64,000 nucleotides of DNA, from positions 29,326,001 through 29,390,000 of the forward strand of contig CP158635.1 in the NCBI GenBank assembly GCA_050273025.1, given 5' to 3'. Positions 38,901-51,200 of this stretch are shown here, piece by piece (within the stretch, counting starts at the first letter, position 1; every line of letters begins with the position of its first letter). The notes under the pieces were generated by a model. That model was not told the DNA's origin. It made no database searches and saw only the letters and a list, made by a program, of their open reading frames with translations. This DNA comes from Cenococcum geophilum (lineage: Eukaryota). A program made the position numbers and the translations under genes.

Positions 38901-41348
38901 AGAACTATTCTAAGACTTTATATATGGGGCCGACTGCTCTAATAATATACCTTTTTAGGTCCTCTAGGTATTAAACTCGCCACCTAGAGACGTTTCGCCA
39001 TCGATTCGAATTATAGTAATCTTTAGGTTATATTGACGTTCTACCCTATTCAAGTATTATATAATTGCTTGCGTTGTTAACGACTTATAGGCGAAGGTCT
39101 CGACCTCGTTTAAATGCAGAAATTTGTTATAGAAATGTATCGTCCAGATATAACCGTTATACGCCACGATCTCTTGAAACAAGTCGATATGCACTCGGTA
39201 GAAGGGTCTGGTTGCCTTGCTGGTAGGTGGTCTTCTTGATACAATCTCGTAAGCCTTGCTAACAGCGCAGGTCTCGTAGTTAATCGTCGCTAGACCTCGA
39301 AGTTTCGCACCACCTACTTCCTGGGGTAAATGCTTGATCGCGTCGGGTCCTATATGGCCTAGTCTTTTGTACTAGAGTCTGCCAGCGACTTCCTGATTAG
39401 GAAGGGGGTCTCGCAATTAGATTGCGAATAAGGCCTTGCTTAGGGTCTTTAATTGCAGCTCGTTATACTCTAGGGTTGATTAATTACAATGGCGTTCGCA
39501 ATATATAAACGTCTCGTAATCGTTTTTGTATAGTAGGTTCTTCTTATTGTCCCACCATATGTCCCTATTATTAAACTTTCTTAGGTAGGCTAAATTTGTA
39601 TAAAAACCTAGTATATAAGCTGCGTTAGCTAAGAAGATCTTTCTGGGACCTAATGGCGTTCGGATAGTAATTGCCGCCGTCCCTATACCCTTAACTGGAT
39701 CCATACCCGTCCCGGCATATACGAAGTCATTACTTAGTTGGAGCTCGTCAACGAACCTTAATTAATCGTTAATAACGTGTATAGTAGTTCCATTATTAAG
39801 GATTACGCTATTACGCAGCTTGTAGTTAGTGCCTGCTTTATAGGCGCCTATTTAATATACACAAAAGGTACTATCGTCTTTCTTTTCATCTAGGCTCCGT
39901 GTAGCTTCCTTTTCTAAAAACTACTTCCTAACCTTCTTAAGTATTCGCTTATACCATTCTAGGGCGTTAGTAATCTTTTCCTCAACCTTCTTAGCCGTAG
40001 CTTTATCTAATTTCCAGTCCTTTAATCGAACTAACTCGTTAATATAAGGACAGTCCTAAAACCAGTAAACAGCTCCGCAGTAGTACATTAGGGTATCTTT
40101 CTTCCATACCGTCTTGGAGGTAGTAGGGGCCTTATCCTTAGAAGCCTCGTCCTTAGGAGCCTCATTAATTGGCTTGCCCTAAAAGCTTACTACATTAGCA
40201 CTAAGCTAAGCTTTGTTCTTCTACTAGGCAGTCTCCAATCGTTAATAGTTTCGATATATGTTAACTAGTCGATATATAGATATCACGTGGTCCTTGGCCC
40301 AGTTATATTTATCGAATTTAACCCTCCACATTAAGGCCCAATTTAGTAATACTGGCTCTACCACCAGCAAAAAGTCTCTAATTGCTCGGTCGCCGTCTAT
40401 ATCTAACAATTTAATCTTTTTACAGTCGTTATACGTCTTCTCCCACTGCTGTAACCAGGTCTTAAAGTTCTGATTCTTTGGGCCCTTTTTAACCTTGGCG
40501 TATTAAGTAGATAGGTAGAGCTAACGTGCAGTATCGGTAGGGGTAACCCTCTCCTTAAGAGTTACTAGTACGTCATATACCGAGTCAATACCCAGTATGT
40601 AGGTGTTTAGATGTCTGGCTACTATACCAGTGGTATAGCTTCGTAGAGAAGTTAAGGCCGCCTTCTGCTTCTTATACTCCTTCTCTACTATCTTATACCT
40701 CTCACGGAGAATTTAAAGCTCGTCCTTCTCGTCCTCAGAGAGAGCTGCATATAAGGTCGTTCCTATCTTCACATCTTAAGGTCTAGGAAAGACTGGTTCA
40801 ATCAATTGGGGCAACTTGTCCCGTTTGGTTAAGGGGTTAACGTATTCCTATACGTCTCCTATTTAGGCGCGAAGCCTAATAAGGTCGATCCATTCGTCCC
40901 AATCGGCTTGGCTCGATAATATCACCGTTATAGTAATAGCTTGGGTAGGTGGTTGAGAAGTTATATTGAAAAGGTGCTTGCAGAAAGGTCGAAGGATTTG
41001 GTAATAAGTAGTATTTTAATAAGGGGTATATCAATTAAATAGATTAATCAAATCAAATAGTTAAATAGGGGCAATACGGCAAGCAACCCGGGCTCATAAC
41101 TGTCAATCGGACATCCGTGCACCGATTGTAAGAAAAGATTAAGGACTCTGTCTATTGAATGGTGGCTCTAGAGCCTCTATATATACATAGGAAAGGTGTA
41201 GGAAATGAGAACGAGAAGGGGGTAGGGGGGTGGCAATGGAAACAAGGGGTAGGTGACTGAGTCAATGATCGAGTCAATGATTAAGTCAATGACTGAGTCA
41301 ATGGGAGGCAGCTGAGTCGGTGATAAGATAACCTGATTCAGGTCGACA
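35990..41348 (-). mobile_element. Full-length Ty1/Copia retrotransposon (LTRs 35990-36237 and 41101-41348), RIP
   Basis: 248-bp TG..CA LTRs, TSD atatt, PBS gttatgagccc, purine tract, integrase upstream of RT, YVDD-like motif near 37365. Confidence 0.95.
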
Positions 41349-42765
41349 ATATTATAAACATTAAAATATCCACGTATTGCGCTTTCCTTTTTGTTAATAC
41401 CTCTATTAATACCCTATATCTATTATAAATATGGCAAATTTTACTGTAATTAAGTGCAGCAAGTGCTATATCTATAAGCTCCGCCTTAACTTTATTAAAG
41501 ACGGCCCTTTAAAGAAGATTTTAAAGCTGTGCTAGTTATGTCGGTTAAAGGCACGTCTTCCCTATATATTACTTCTACTTCTACTTACTTTTTTTAGGCC
41601 TCTAAATATAAGCGGAGAGCTCTTATAGAGTTAGATTCTACTACTAAGAATCGTTCTGCAAGGTGCTAGCGAACTGCTCTACCTAAAAATAATACTGAGA
41701 ACGCTTTCCTGCCTCACGGCTAGAATAGTTAAGATACCCCTAAAATAGCTTAATAACGGAAGGTAATTAGGGCAATATAACGGGAGCACCGCATTCTTAA
41801 TTGGTGGGGTAAAGCTTACTTACTTACTCCTCCGCTATATACTACAAATAAAGCTCCGTTTAGCAGAAGAGGCACTCTAAATAGCCTAAATACGTCCTTG
41901 CCGGAACTAGCTCCTATACCTACTCCAACTATAGCCACACTACTACCCGTTTCGGTTGTTAATTAGGAGCGAATTAAGAAGTTTAGGAGTATACTATAGG
42001 CTAAATGTATAGAGACATGTAGTTGTTATAAGGAGCGGTAGTTCTAAATGGGCCTAGCTACGGAGGGTAACAATATAGGTATATATAAAGCCTATATTAA
42101 AGACGTCAATAGCCTTAAAAATCCAACCCTTTCTCTTCTATTTGGTAAAAGCAATAGGCTTAATCCGGGGCCTGTTCCTAGCTTCCTATCTATACTTACT
42201 ACGGTAAAGGAGCTTCTAATTGCGCGCGTGTACGTTTATCTACAAGTCGTGCGTATACGCGGCTAGCAATATTGCTATACTGGCCACGTTTACTGCTTTA
42301 GCTAGAATATACCAAAGACTTAAATACAGCTACTATGGCTACCTTCTAAACTTAATATACTAGTTATAAGGCCTGTGTTAGCGACTTAGTTAACCAAGGC
42401 ATGAGCATAGCAAGAAGGATGCATGTAAGCCTATACGATTAGATTGTCTATAAATGAGGATCTAAAGCTAGAGAAAGAAAATGAGAAGAAAAGCAGCGCC
42501 AGTTGAAGTAGGGTTCTTTTATACGGTCCTCTAGTCACGTGACCGTAAAGTTCTGCTAAGTTCTGCCAGTGCTATAACATTACCCCCCCCCTAGTAAAGC
42601 CTGCCCTTAGGCTTTATGTGTCTGTATTATACCTATAGGGCGTTCTTATCTTTATATTCTTCCGGTAGCCTATTATCTTCGCTATACTAGTACTCTATCT
42701 ACTCGTCTAGGTACTTTAGGGGTCCTAGTTTATTAGGGTAACGGCTATAGAATTTTTAAAGCTTA

Positions 42766-45216
42766 ACGTCTTAGCCACCCAGACGAGACAGCCACCCACC
42801 CAAGACAGTGCACGGGCCTCCTACGAAAATCAAAATCAAATTGACATTAAAATCAACCCCAAAATCAACCTAAATTAACCCTATTATATAAATACACTAT
42901 AATCCATTGGTAGTTCCTTCCAAACCTTCTTTATAAAGGTAATAACCCCCCATAATGCAGCCTTTCTTTCCTTTACCCTCTTCTCTTCCTGCTCCTTTTG
43001 AAGCTTTTCATCGTTCTTCTTTTGTGCCTCTACTACTGATAAAACTCGTGCCTTCCCATAGGCGGCTTTTATCTTACTATAACGCTCCTTCTTCTGTCTT
43101 TTAAGAAGCTCCTAATTTATTTGCTTAAGGATTGTATTATCAGCTACCGTACTTAATATAAACTGCTGAATATTATGCACAGCTTAAGAATGTAGGGGTA
43201 ATGCACCTTACAAGAGCTGCCCAAATATCTTAGTAAGTCTCTCCTCTACGGAAGGAAACACGGGTATATTAAATTTATGGCTATTCTTATCTGTAAAGCT
43301 TATATAGGAAGGAGTCGTTAGCCGAATCTTTTCTAAAACAATTAAAGGATTGAATAGTAGAAGGCCAGTTGCCCGCCATACGCTTGCTATATTAGTTAGT
43401 AATATAGCTTTATCTTATACAGCTTGGTAATACTTAAGGAACTTAGGCTTAGTAATATTGACAGCTCCATAAAAGGCGAAGTCGTAAAGGCGCTTTTAAT
43501 AGGCTTTTAATAAGGGGCTAAATATACTAACATTAAGGGGTTAAAGTAGGTGTGTTAAATAAGGTAATAGACAGAGAGGGATAATCTTATAAGCCTCGCA
43601 ATACTTAACAAACTGCATTAATATGTGGCTCTTATGTCCATTAAGAATTAATAAGCGATAGATTCCTTAAAGGCGTAGCTCTGTATATTGGTTAAAGTGT
43701 TTTAACCAATTAACTACGATATCCAAATTTGTCCAGCCCAAATCGCTTACTTAAATCACTGTCTCGCGATCAAGTCCAGGTAATATCCAAGATCATTGCA
43801 TTTGCTTCCCCTGAAAGATAAGGTAGGGAGGTAATCGATATTGACCTCCTAATTGACTTCCTGATTGACCTCCTGGTTGACCTTCTGATTGACCTCCTGA
43901 TTGACCTCCTGATTGACCTCCTAATTGACTTCCTGATTGACCTCCTGGTTGACCTTCTGATTGACCTCCTGATTGACCTCCTGATTGACCTCCTGATTGA
44001 CCTCCTGGTTGACCTCCTAATTGACCTCCTAGTTGACCTCCTGATTAACCTCCTGATTGACCTCCTGATCGACCTCCTGATTGACCTCCTAGTTGACCTC
44101 CTAATTGACCTCCTGATTGACCTCCTGATCGACCTCCTGATTGACCTCCTGATCGACCTCCTGATTGACCTCCTAATTGACCTCCTGATTAACCTCCTGG
44201 TTGACCTCTTGGTTGACCTCCTGATTGACCTCCTAATCGACCTCCTGATTGACCTCCTGGTTGGCCTCCTGGTTGACCTCCTGGTTGACCTCTTGGTTGA
44301 CCTCCTGATTGACCTCCTAATCGACCTCCTGATTGACCTCCTGGTTGACCTCCTGGTTAACCTCCTGGTTGACCTCTTGGTTGACCTCCTGATTGACCTC
44401 CTGATCGACCTCCTGATTAACCTCCTAGTTGACCTCCTGATTAACCTCCTGATTGACCTCCTGATTGACTTCCTGATATGCACTCAATAATAGACACCCA
44501 ATCGCAATTGCCCAGCTCTGTAATAAAGGCTTGAGCCTCTAATTAAGGAACAAGCACCTTAACCTTATCGCCTAACCCCATTGCAATTCCTTTCTCATCC
44601 ATATTGTATTAATCGCCTGGGGGAATTACGTACTTAGTAATAGTAGCTTTATAGAGATTAAACCACTCTTTAATAATCTCTAGATCCTTAGCATCCTTTC
44701 GCTTTTAATTAAGGCCTTGGGCGAATTAAGCTTTAAGCTCTGGGTGTCGGGTAAGGAAGTTTTTATACCAGTGTTGGCCAAGCTCTAGAGGACGCTTCTT
44801 TGCAGTAAGGATACTTTTAGCTATAGATTTAAGGTGTTAAATTCGAGGTGGCCAACCCCAGGCTCCCATTATATTAATCCATTTAACTAGGGAGTCCTCC
44901 TTAATAACTGAGAGCTTTTAAAGCTTTTGGTGATACTCCTTGCTCAACTGGCGGCCGTTACAACGATGGTAAACAGAAGAAGGCGATAGACCGTATATTT
45001 GGGCAAGTAAACGGCCAGATTAATTAGGATTGGCTTCCAATAATTGAAGAATAATTTGCATTCGATCTTCTTGGTCAAGCGACAGCAATTAGGGGGTAGT
45101 AGAGGACATAGTGGTGGTGTAGTCAAGGAGTATTTTGATGTTTTGATTTTGATTTTCGTAGGAGGCCCGTGCACTGTCTCGGGTGGGTGGCTGTCTCGTC
45201 TGGGTGGCTAAGACGT
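42766..45216 (-). mobile_element. pogo/Fot1-type transposon nested in Gypsy
   Basis: ~75-bp TIR acgtcttagccacccagacgagac.., TA duplication, de-RIPped YNMDEKG, DGHKSH, LQPLD. Confidence 0.95.
43841..44476. repeat. 12-bp tandem repeat (ttgacctcctga) x53 inside the transposase
   Basis: 636 bp = 53 units. Confidence 0.95.
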
Positions 45217-48200
45217 TATAGGGACTGCCGATAAAGTTCTATGTAGGGTACTAAGTAGGATTTAGGTTATAGCCTTTCTAACTAACGCGGTACTTTAACG
45301 TTCTCCTTACTAGCTTATAGGCTAGTATTTCTTTAATTTCCTATTTTTCGTCGCCATTAACTTAAATCGGTAGGGGGGGTTCGTTCTTTTATCTAGGTAG
45401 TAGGTTATTTGCGGCTTTTTATAGCTTATCTAGCAAGAAGATAGGGTAGACCTTAATTAAATCCGGGAGCTTTACTTTATATAAGTTGCCTATCTTCTTA
45501 AGAACCTCGTATGGTCCTACTATCTAATAGTTTAGCTTATAGCTAGGTCGTTCTGTTTTTTAGTTCCTTATTATAACCTAGACTATATCGCCTACCGTAA
45601 AGTTAGGCTCGCGCCTATATTTGTTCGCCTACTATTTTATTAATTTTTAGGCTTTTCCTAGATTCGTACGGGCTACTATTTAGGCTTCTTTTAAGCGCTT
45701 AGCGTACTGCTGGGCTTCCTTATAGGATAGTTTTTCGCGTACAGTCTGGGGTCCTTTTGGTTTTTCCTAGTTAAAACTTGTATAGGGTAAGTAGCCTATT
45801 TCTAGTTGAATAGGGGTAAATCTAGTAGAGTTATGGGATAGGGTTGCTTGGGTATAGTCTATAAGGGGTAGCAGTTTAGCCTAGTTATCCTAAAAGTAGT
45901 TAATAAAAGGCCGGAGTCTCTAGTCTAAATATTAATTTATAATCTCTATCTGGCCGTCTATCTGGGGGTAGTATGCTATAAAGAGCTTTAGCTTAATACC
46001 TAGAATCCGGGTAAACTTGTTCTAAAAGGCTAATATAAACTACGGCCTATAATTGGATATAATAGTACCTGGTAGCCTGTAAATTTAATAGACGTAGTAG
46101 ATATATAGTTGGGCCGCCTCTTTAGCATTAATATTCTTATAATAGGGGATTAAGAATAGGCGCTTGCTAAAACGGTTAACTAGAATTATAACTATATTAT
46201 ATCCGTTACGGTCTATAGGTAGCTTATAGAAATCTATAGAGATATACTGCTAGGGGCGTTCTAGTATTGGGAGTGGTTTTAATAGTCCTAGGGTTTTGTT
46301 TTAGGGGATTATAGATTTACGGCAGCCGTTGCAGTTCTGTATATAACGGTTAATATCTATAACTATTCCGGGCCAGTAGTACCGGTTACTAATAATCTTA
46401 TAAGTCTTATTTTTTTTAGGGTAGGCTATAGAGACCTAGGTATATGCTTTGGCGATAATCTAAGTCTGTAAGTTCTGTTCCTCTGCTACTACTAGCTGTT
46501 TACGGTGCTTAAGTAATCCGTTTTTAAGGGACTATAGGCTTATAACGTCCTTTATCTTTTTACAGTACTCCTATAGGGAAGGGGCCGTACGGTTTACCTA
46601 CAGCAGTTTATTAATAAGGTTAAGTTCCATGGAGTTAATAGGATATATCTTAGCGTCTAAAGAGTTTGTATTTAGTTCTGCCCGTATTTAGGGGTTAAGG
46701 TACTCTAGTCGTAGTAGTGTCTAGGTCTATAATAAGATCTTTACGGCTACCTAGTTATTTAGGTCCTATCTATGCCTTATAAGGGCGTTTGCACGGTTTA
46801 TAGCGCTTAGCCTATATATAATTAAGAAGTTAAACTAAGATAGGATATCCGCCTATTGCGCCTGCTGGGCTATAAGGGCCTTTATTATTATAAAATATTC
46901 TAAGGCCTAGTGATCTAAAACTACCTAGATAGGTTTAAGGGCCCCCTCTAGCTATATACGCTAGTGCTAAAAGCTAAAGATAATAGCTAGCATTTTTTTA
47001 TTATAGATAGGGTAGTTTAGCTTAGCGTTTATTATAGTCTTTAAATAGTATATAATAGGGTGCTATTCTCCATCCGGTTACTTCTAGGAGAAAACACTAG
47101 CTATTACGCTATTTAAGGTATTAGTCTCTAGCATTAAGGGCCGTTTTAGGTTAAAGTAGGTAAGTAAGGGAGTAGAGACTAGTTGTTTCTTAAGCTTATT
47201 AAAGGCCTACCTATATGCGATATTAAAGTAGAAGGGCTGGTCTTTTTGGGTAAGGCGATTAAAAGGTTTAGTAATTTTGCTATAGTCCTTAATAAAGCGT
47301 TAATAGAAGTTATAGAAACCTAGGAATAATTATACCCCCTTTACAGTCCGTGGGGGTGCCTACTGGGTAATTACGGCCGTTTTTTTTAGGTCGGTTTTAA
47401 TTCTATCTATGCTAATAATAAACCTTAGGTATTTTATACGCTTAATACTAAACTCTAACTTCTTAATATTGGCCTAGAGGCTAGCCTTACAGAGCCGTTA
47501 TAGGAATTTATAAACGTGCTCCTTGTATTCCAGCTTATTCTTAGAGTAGATTATAATATTATCTAGGTAGGCCGTATAGAAGTCGTTAAGGTAGTTAAAG
47601 AGTACATTATTTATATACCGCTAGTACGTAGCCGGTCCGTTAGTTAGTCTAAAAGGGAGTACCTTATATTTATGTGTTCCGTAACGGGTTTAAAATATAG
47701 TAAGATTTTTAAACCTAGGGTTTATTTTAATTTAGTAGAAGGCCTAGCGGATATTAAGCTTTATAAAGACCTTAGCTCTACTTATTTAGGCTAAAGTCTT
47801 ATTAAATAGGGGTAGTAGATAGCAGTCCTTGCGGGTTATATTATTTAGTTTATAATAGTTAATATAGAAATAGAGTCCTCTGTTTAGCTTTTTAGTAAAG
47901 AGAATAGGCAAGTTAAAAGGGGCTTAATTAGGTTAATAAAGCCCTTATCTAAGTTATTAATAAGGTACTACTTTATGGCCTATAATTTGGCAGTAAACTG
48001 CTAGTAGAGGGGGCTAAAGCTAAGGGTGTTTTCCTTGTCTGGCTTAATCTTAATCTTATAGTCGTATGGTTGGTGAGGTGGGAGTATATTAGACGCTGCC
48101 TTGGAGAATATATCCTTAAATTTCTAGTATTAATGGGGTAGTTTTTGTTTTACTAGCTCCTTGTCTATAAGCTTACTTTCTTATCTACTACGCTCGCTTT

Positions 48201-51200
48201 TCTTTTCCTTAATTATTTAATTAATTTTATATAAGCTAGTGGTAAAGGTAACGGTATTAGGTTAGACTAAGTTTTAGTAAAATCCTACGGCGCTAATATA
48301 GCAAATATTAACTAGTGGGAGGTCCGTAGGTTTCTTTACAGCCGTTTATTAGACTATATTTTATAGTCTAGGGTTTATAATCTTTCTTAGCTCCTATTTT
48401 ATCTTCCATAAGTTATTTCTTTAATCTATTAGTTTAGTATATTATCTAATATTTCTAGCTTTCCTTTGTGGCTATATAGGGCTTAAGCTCTCCGTAGGGG
48501 ACTTAGTCGGGTTACTACCGACTTCCTAAGTCTCTAGTATGGGAGGCGTGGCGTAGGTGGTCTGTGGGCGGTATAGTATACGGATCTGTTGCGGGTTAAG
48601 CTATATATCCTTCTTAAAAGCCTAGTCCCTATATATTGTATTAGCCTAGTAAATGGTGTTTATCTACAGCCGTATAAGGTTTTCTATTATAATACTAATT
48701 TCTTTTATAAAGGAAGGCGTTGGGGGTATAGTTTTGGGCTAGATAAGCCGTATATTCCGTATATTAAGCTATAAGCCTAAATAGGTTAGCTATTTTCTCC
48801 CTAAGATTATATTATGGCTTCTAAGGTCTATAATAAGGAAGGGGACATTATATTACCTTTATCCGTTAACACGGAGGTAGAACCGCAAGATAGTTATAAT
48901 AGGTAGTCCTATATATCCATTATACCCACAAATAGGAATTAGTTTGGGCAGTTCTTTAAGGGGTATATTTAAAAAGTTAGCTAGTTTTACAGCGCACTTT
49001 ATATTAATTAAGGTAAAGATATTTACTCCTAAGTTAGCTAAAGTAAAGGTTAAAACTTGGTATTTATTACGGAATAAAGTATAAGGGATAGTGCAGCTTC
49101 TTTTATTAACTAGCTAACCTAGATTAATATATAATATATTAATCCCTTTTAACCCTAGAAAGGAGTTTTCCTTTAGGGTTCCTTTTTTTTTTATAACTTT
49201 ATGCTGTTTTTCTAAATTAATAGGACCTTGTTTATCTTTGCCGCTATTAAATAATCCTTTATAAAGTGGTTTTTTTAGCTATATAAAAAGTAAGCTCCTT
49301 AATTACTAAGGGCTTATCTATAGGGGTTACTATATATAGGCCGAGTATGTACTAAACCCGTAGTAGAACTAGCTGCTCGACTAGCTATTAGATTAATAGT
49401 AGGCTAGACAGTTAGTGCCGCGGGAGTTACGGCCCGTACTAGGGCACTATTTCCTATTCTTGTATTGCTTATAGTCTGGCTTAAAGGGTTCCTGGCTTTA
49501 TACTGTTTGGCATATACCTTAATTTAATAAAGGCCTTAGTTAATAGCTAAGCAGTAGTCTATAAGTACCTTTAACGTCTATATAGTAGTAAAAACTGGCA
49601 GTATAGCGCGCTGTAGGTCTAGAGTGAGCTTATTAAAGAGGTCTGGCATTAAGTCTTTATGGGGAAATTAGGCTTAGCTAGCTAAGTGCAGAAAGCGGGT
49701 CTAGAAGGCTAAAAAGGTCTCCGTTGTTTTTATATTTAGGCTTTTATAATTAAGGCGGGCATTCTATATCTTAAAGGGGTCCTTATAAATAGAAGATAGG
49801 TAGTTAATTATTTCTTTTTCTGAGACGAAAGGGTCTACTAAGTCTGTAGTATATTGCGGACGTAGGTGCGTCTAGGCGTCTCCGCTAGTGCGGCTAAAGA
49901 TATAGGCTATCTTGGCTTAGTTATTAGGGAAGTGATCTTTATTAACTTTAAGCTTATCCTATAGTTAAAGCTTCTAATTATTAAATATAGGGTTAGTCCC
50001 GTTTGTAAGTAGTAGGGGGTCCACTACCTTTGCGGATCTTAATAGTACGGTACGTTAGGCTAGGGCCTTAAGGACTATAGCAAGTCTGTCCAATAAGTTA
50101 TCGCTAGATATAGGGGTGTCTTTAGCTTTAAGCAGTTCTTGTAGTTGTTTAATTTCGGCATTAGCTGCTGTAAGCTTCGCCTAGGGGGTTAAAATATTAA
50201 TTATTTCTTCGTCTAAGGTATTTGCGGGTCCTATAGCCGCTTTACCTACTACTGTGTTTTATGGCATAGTAGTAGGGGTATTAGGCAATTCTGGGTAATT
50301 TCTTTAGGGGTTCTAGTCTGTGTGTATCCTATAGGTTCTTTTCTTAGGGTTCTGTCCTTATGGTCCTAGTAATGTCCTTAGGGTCCTATTTTATGTCCTT
50401 GTCCTATTTATAGTCTTATAAATATTTTTAAGTTCCTTCTTAAGAAGAAAGGGTAGTTTGAGCTTTAGATAATGTTAGCGACTTAGTTAACCGAGGTATA
50501 AGTATAGCAAGAAGGATGTATGCAAGCCTATATAATTGGATTGTCTATAAACGAGGATCTAAAGCTAGAGAAAGGAAAGGAGAAGAAGAGCAGCGCCGGT
50601 TAAAGTAGGGTTCTTTTATGCGGTCCTTTAGTCACGTGACCGCAAAGTTCTGCTAAGTTTTGCTAAGTTTTGCCAGTGCCGTAATAGCCTGTCGCAGTAG
50701 AGGGTAGTAAATACTTAAGTTGGCGGGTTACCAAGCGGTATACCGTAAGGCGCTCTACTATAGTATAGTGGCTTTATTTTCTAAAGGTCAATTATTCTAA
50801 TTATTATAATGTTGAAATATATAGCACCTGGCTTACTAGCTTACCCAAAATAGCTCTATATTAGATTAGCTACCTTATATTAATAAGTTAAAGTCTAATT
50901 CTAGTGGCCCGACGGCTTACCCTACTACTCCTATATAATGTCCTCCTGCTATTAATCTTTTGCCTATTAAGCTTAGCAGTAATATACCGGACGGTAAATT
51001 TAATAACAACGTACTGGATACTTTAGTTTCTAATCTAGTGCCTAACCTTAATAAATTGGAGCTTTTAGGTTGTAAGGTTTAACACTAATAAGACCTATAA
51101 GTGGGCCTAGAGGTTCCTACTATGCGACAAATACCTTTTTTTAAGTAATTAGCTAGTTTTATTATGCGTAGCACCTTTTCTACTCTATTTCCTTATAGTA

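Larger units (their letters stand above)
42376..50686 (-). mobile_element. Full-length Ty3/Gypsy chromovirus (LTRs 42376-42579 and 50473-50686), RIP
   Basis: TSD gcctg, purine tract next to the left LTR, RT YLDD-like motif near 47560, RNase H, integrase, chromodomain. Confidence 0.95.

Noticed and set aside
43770..44490. Protamine-like RRSI ORF and DLLI ORF
   Set aside because: Off-frame readings of the 12-bp expansion within the pogo transposase.
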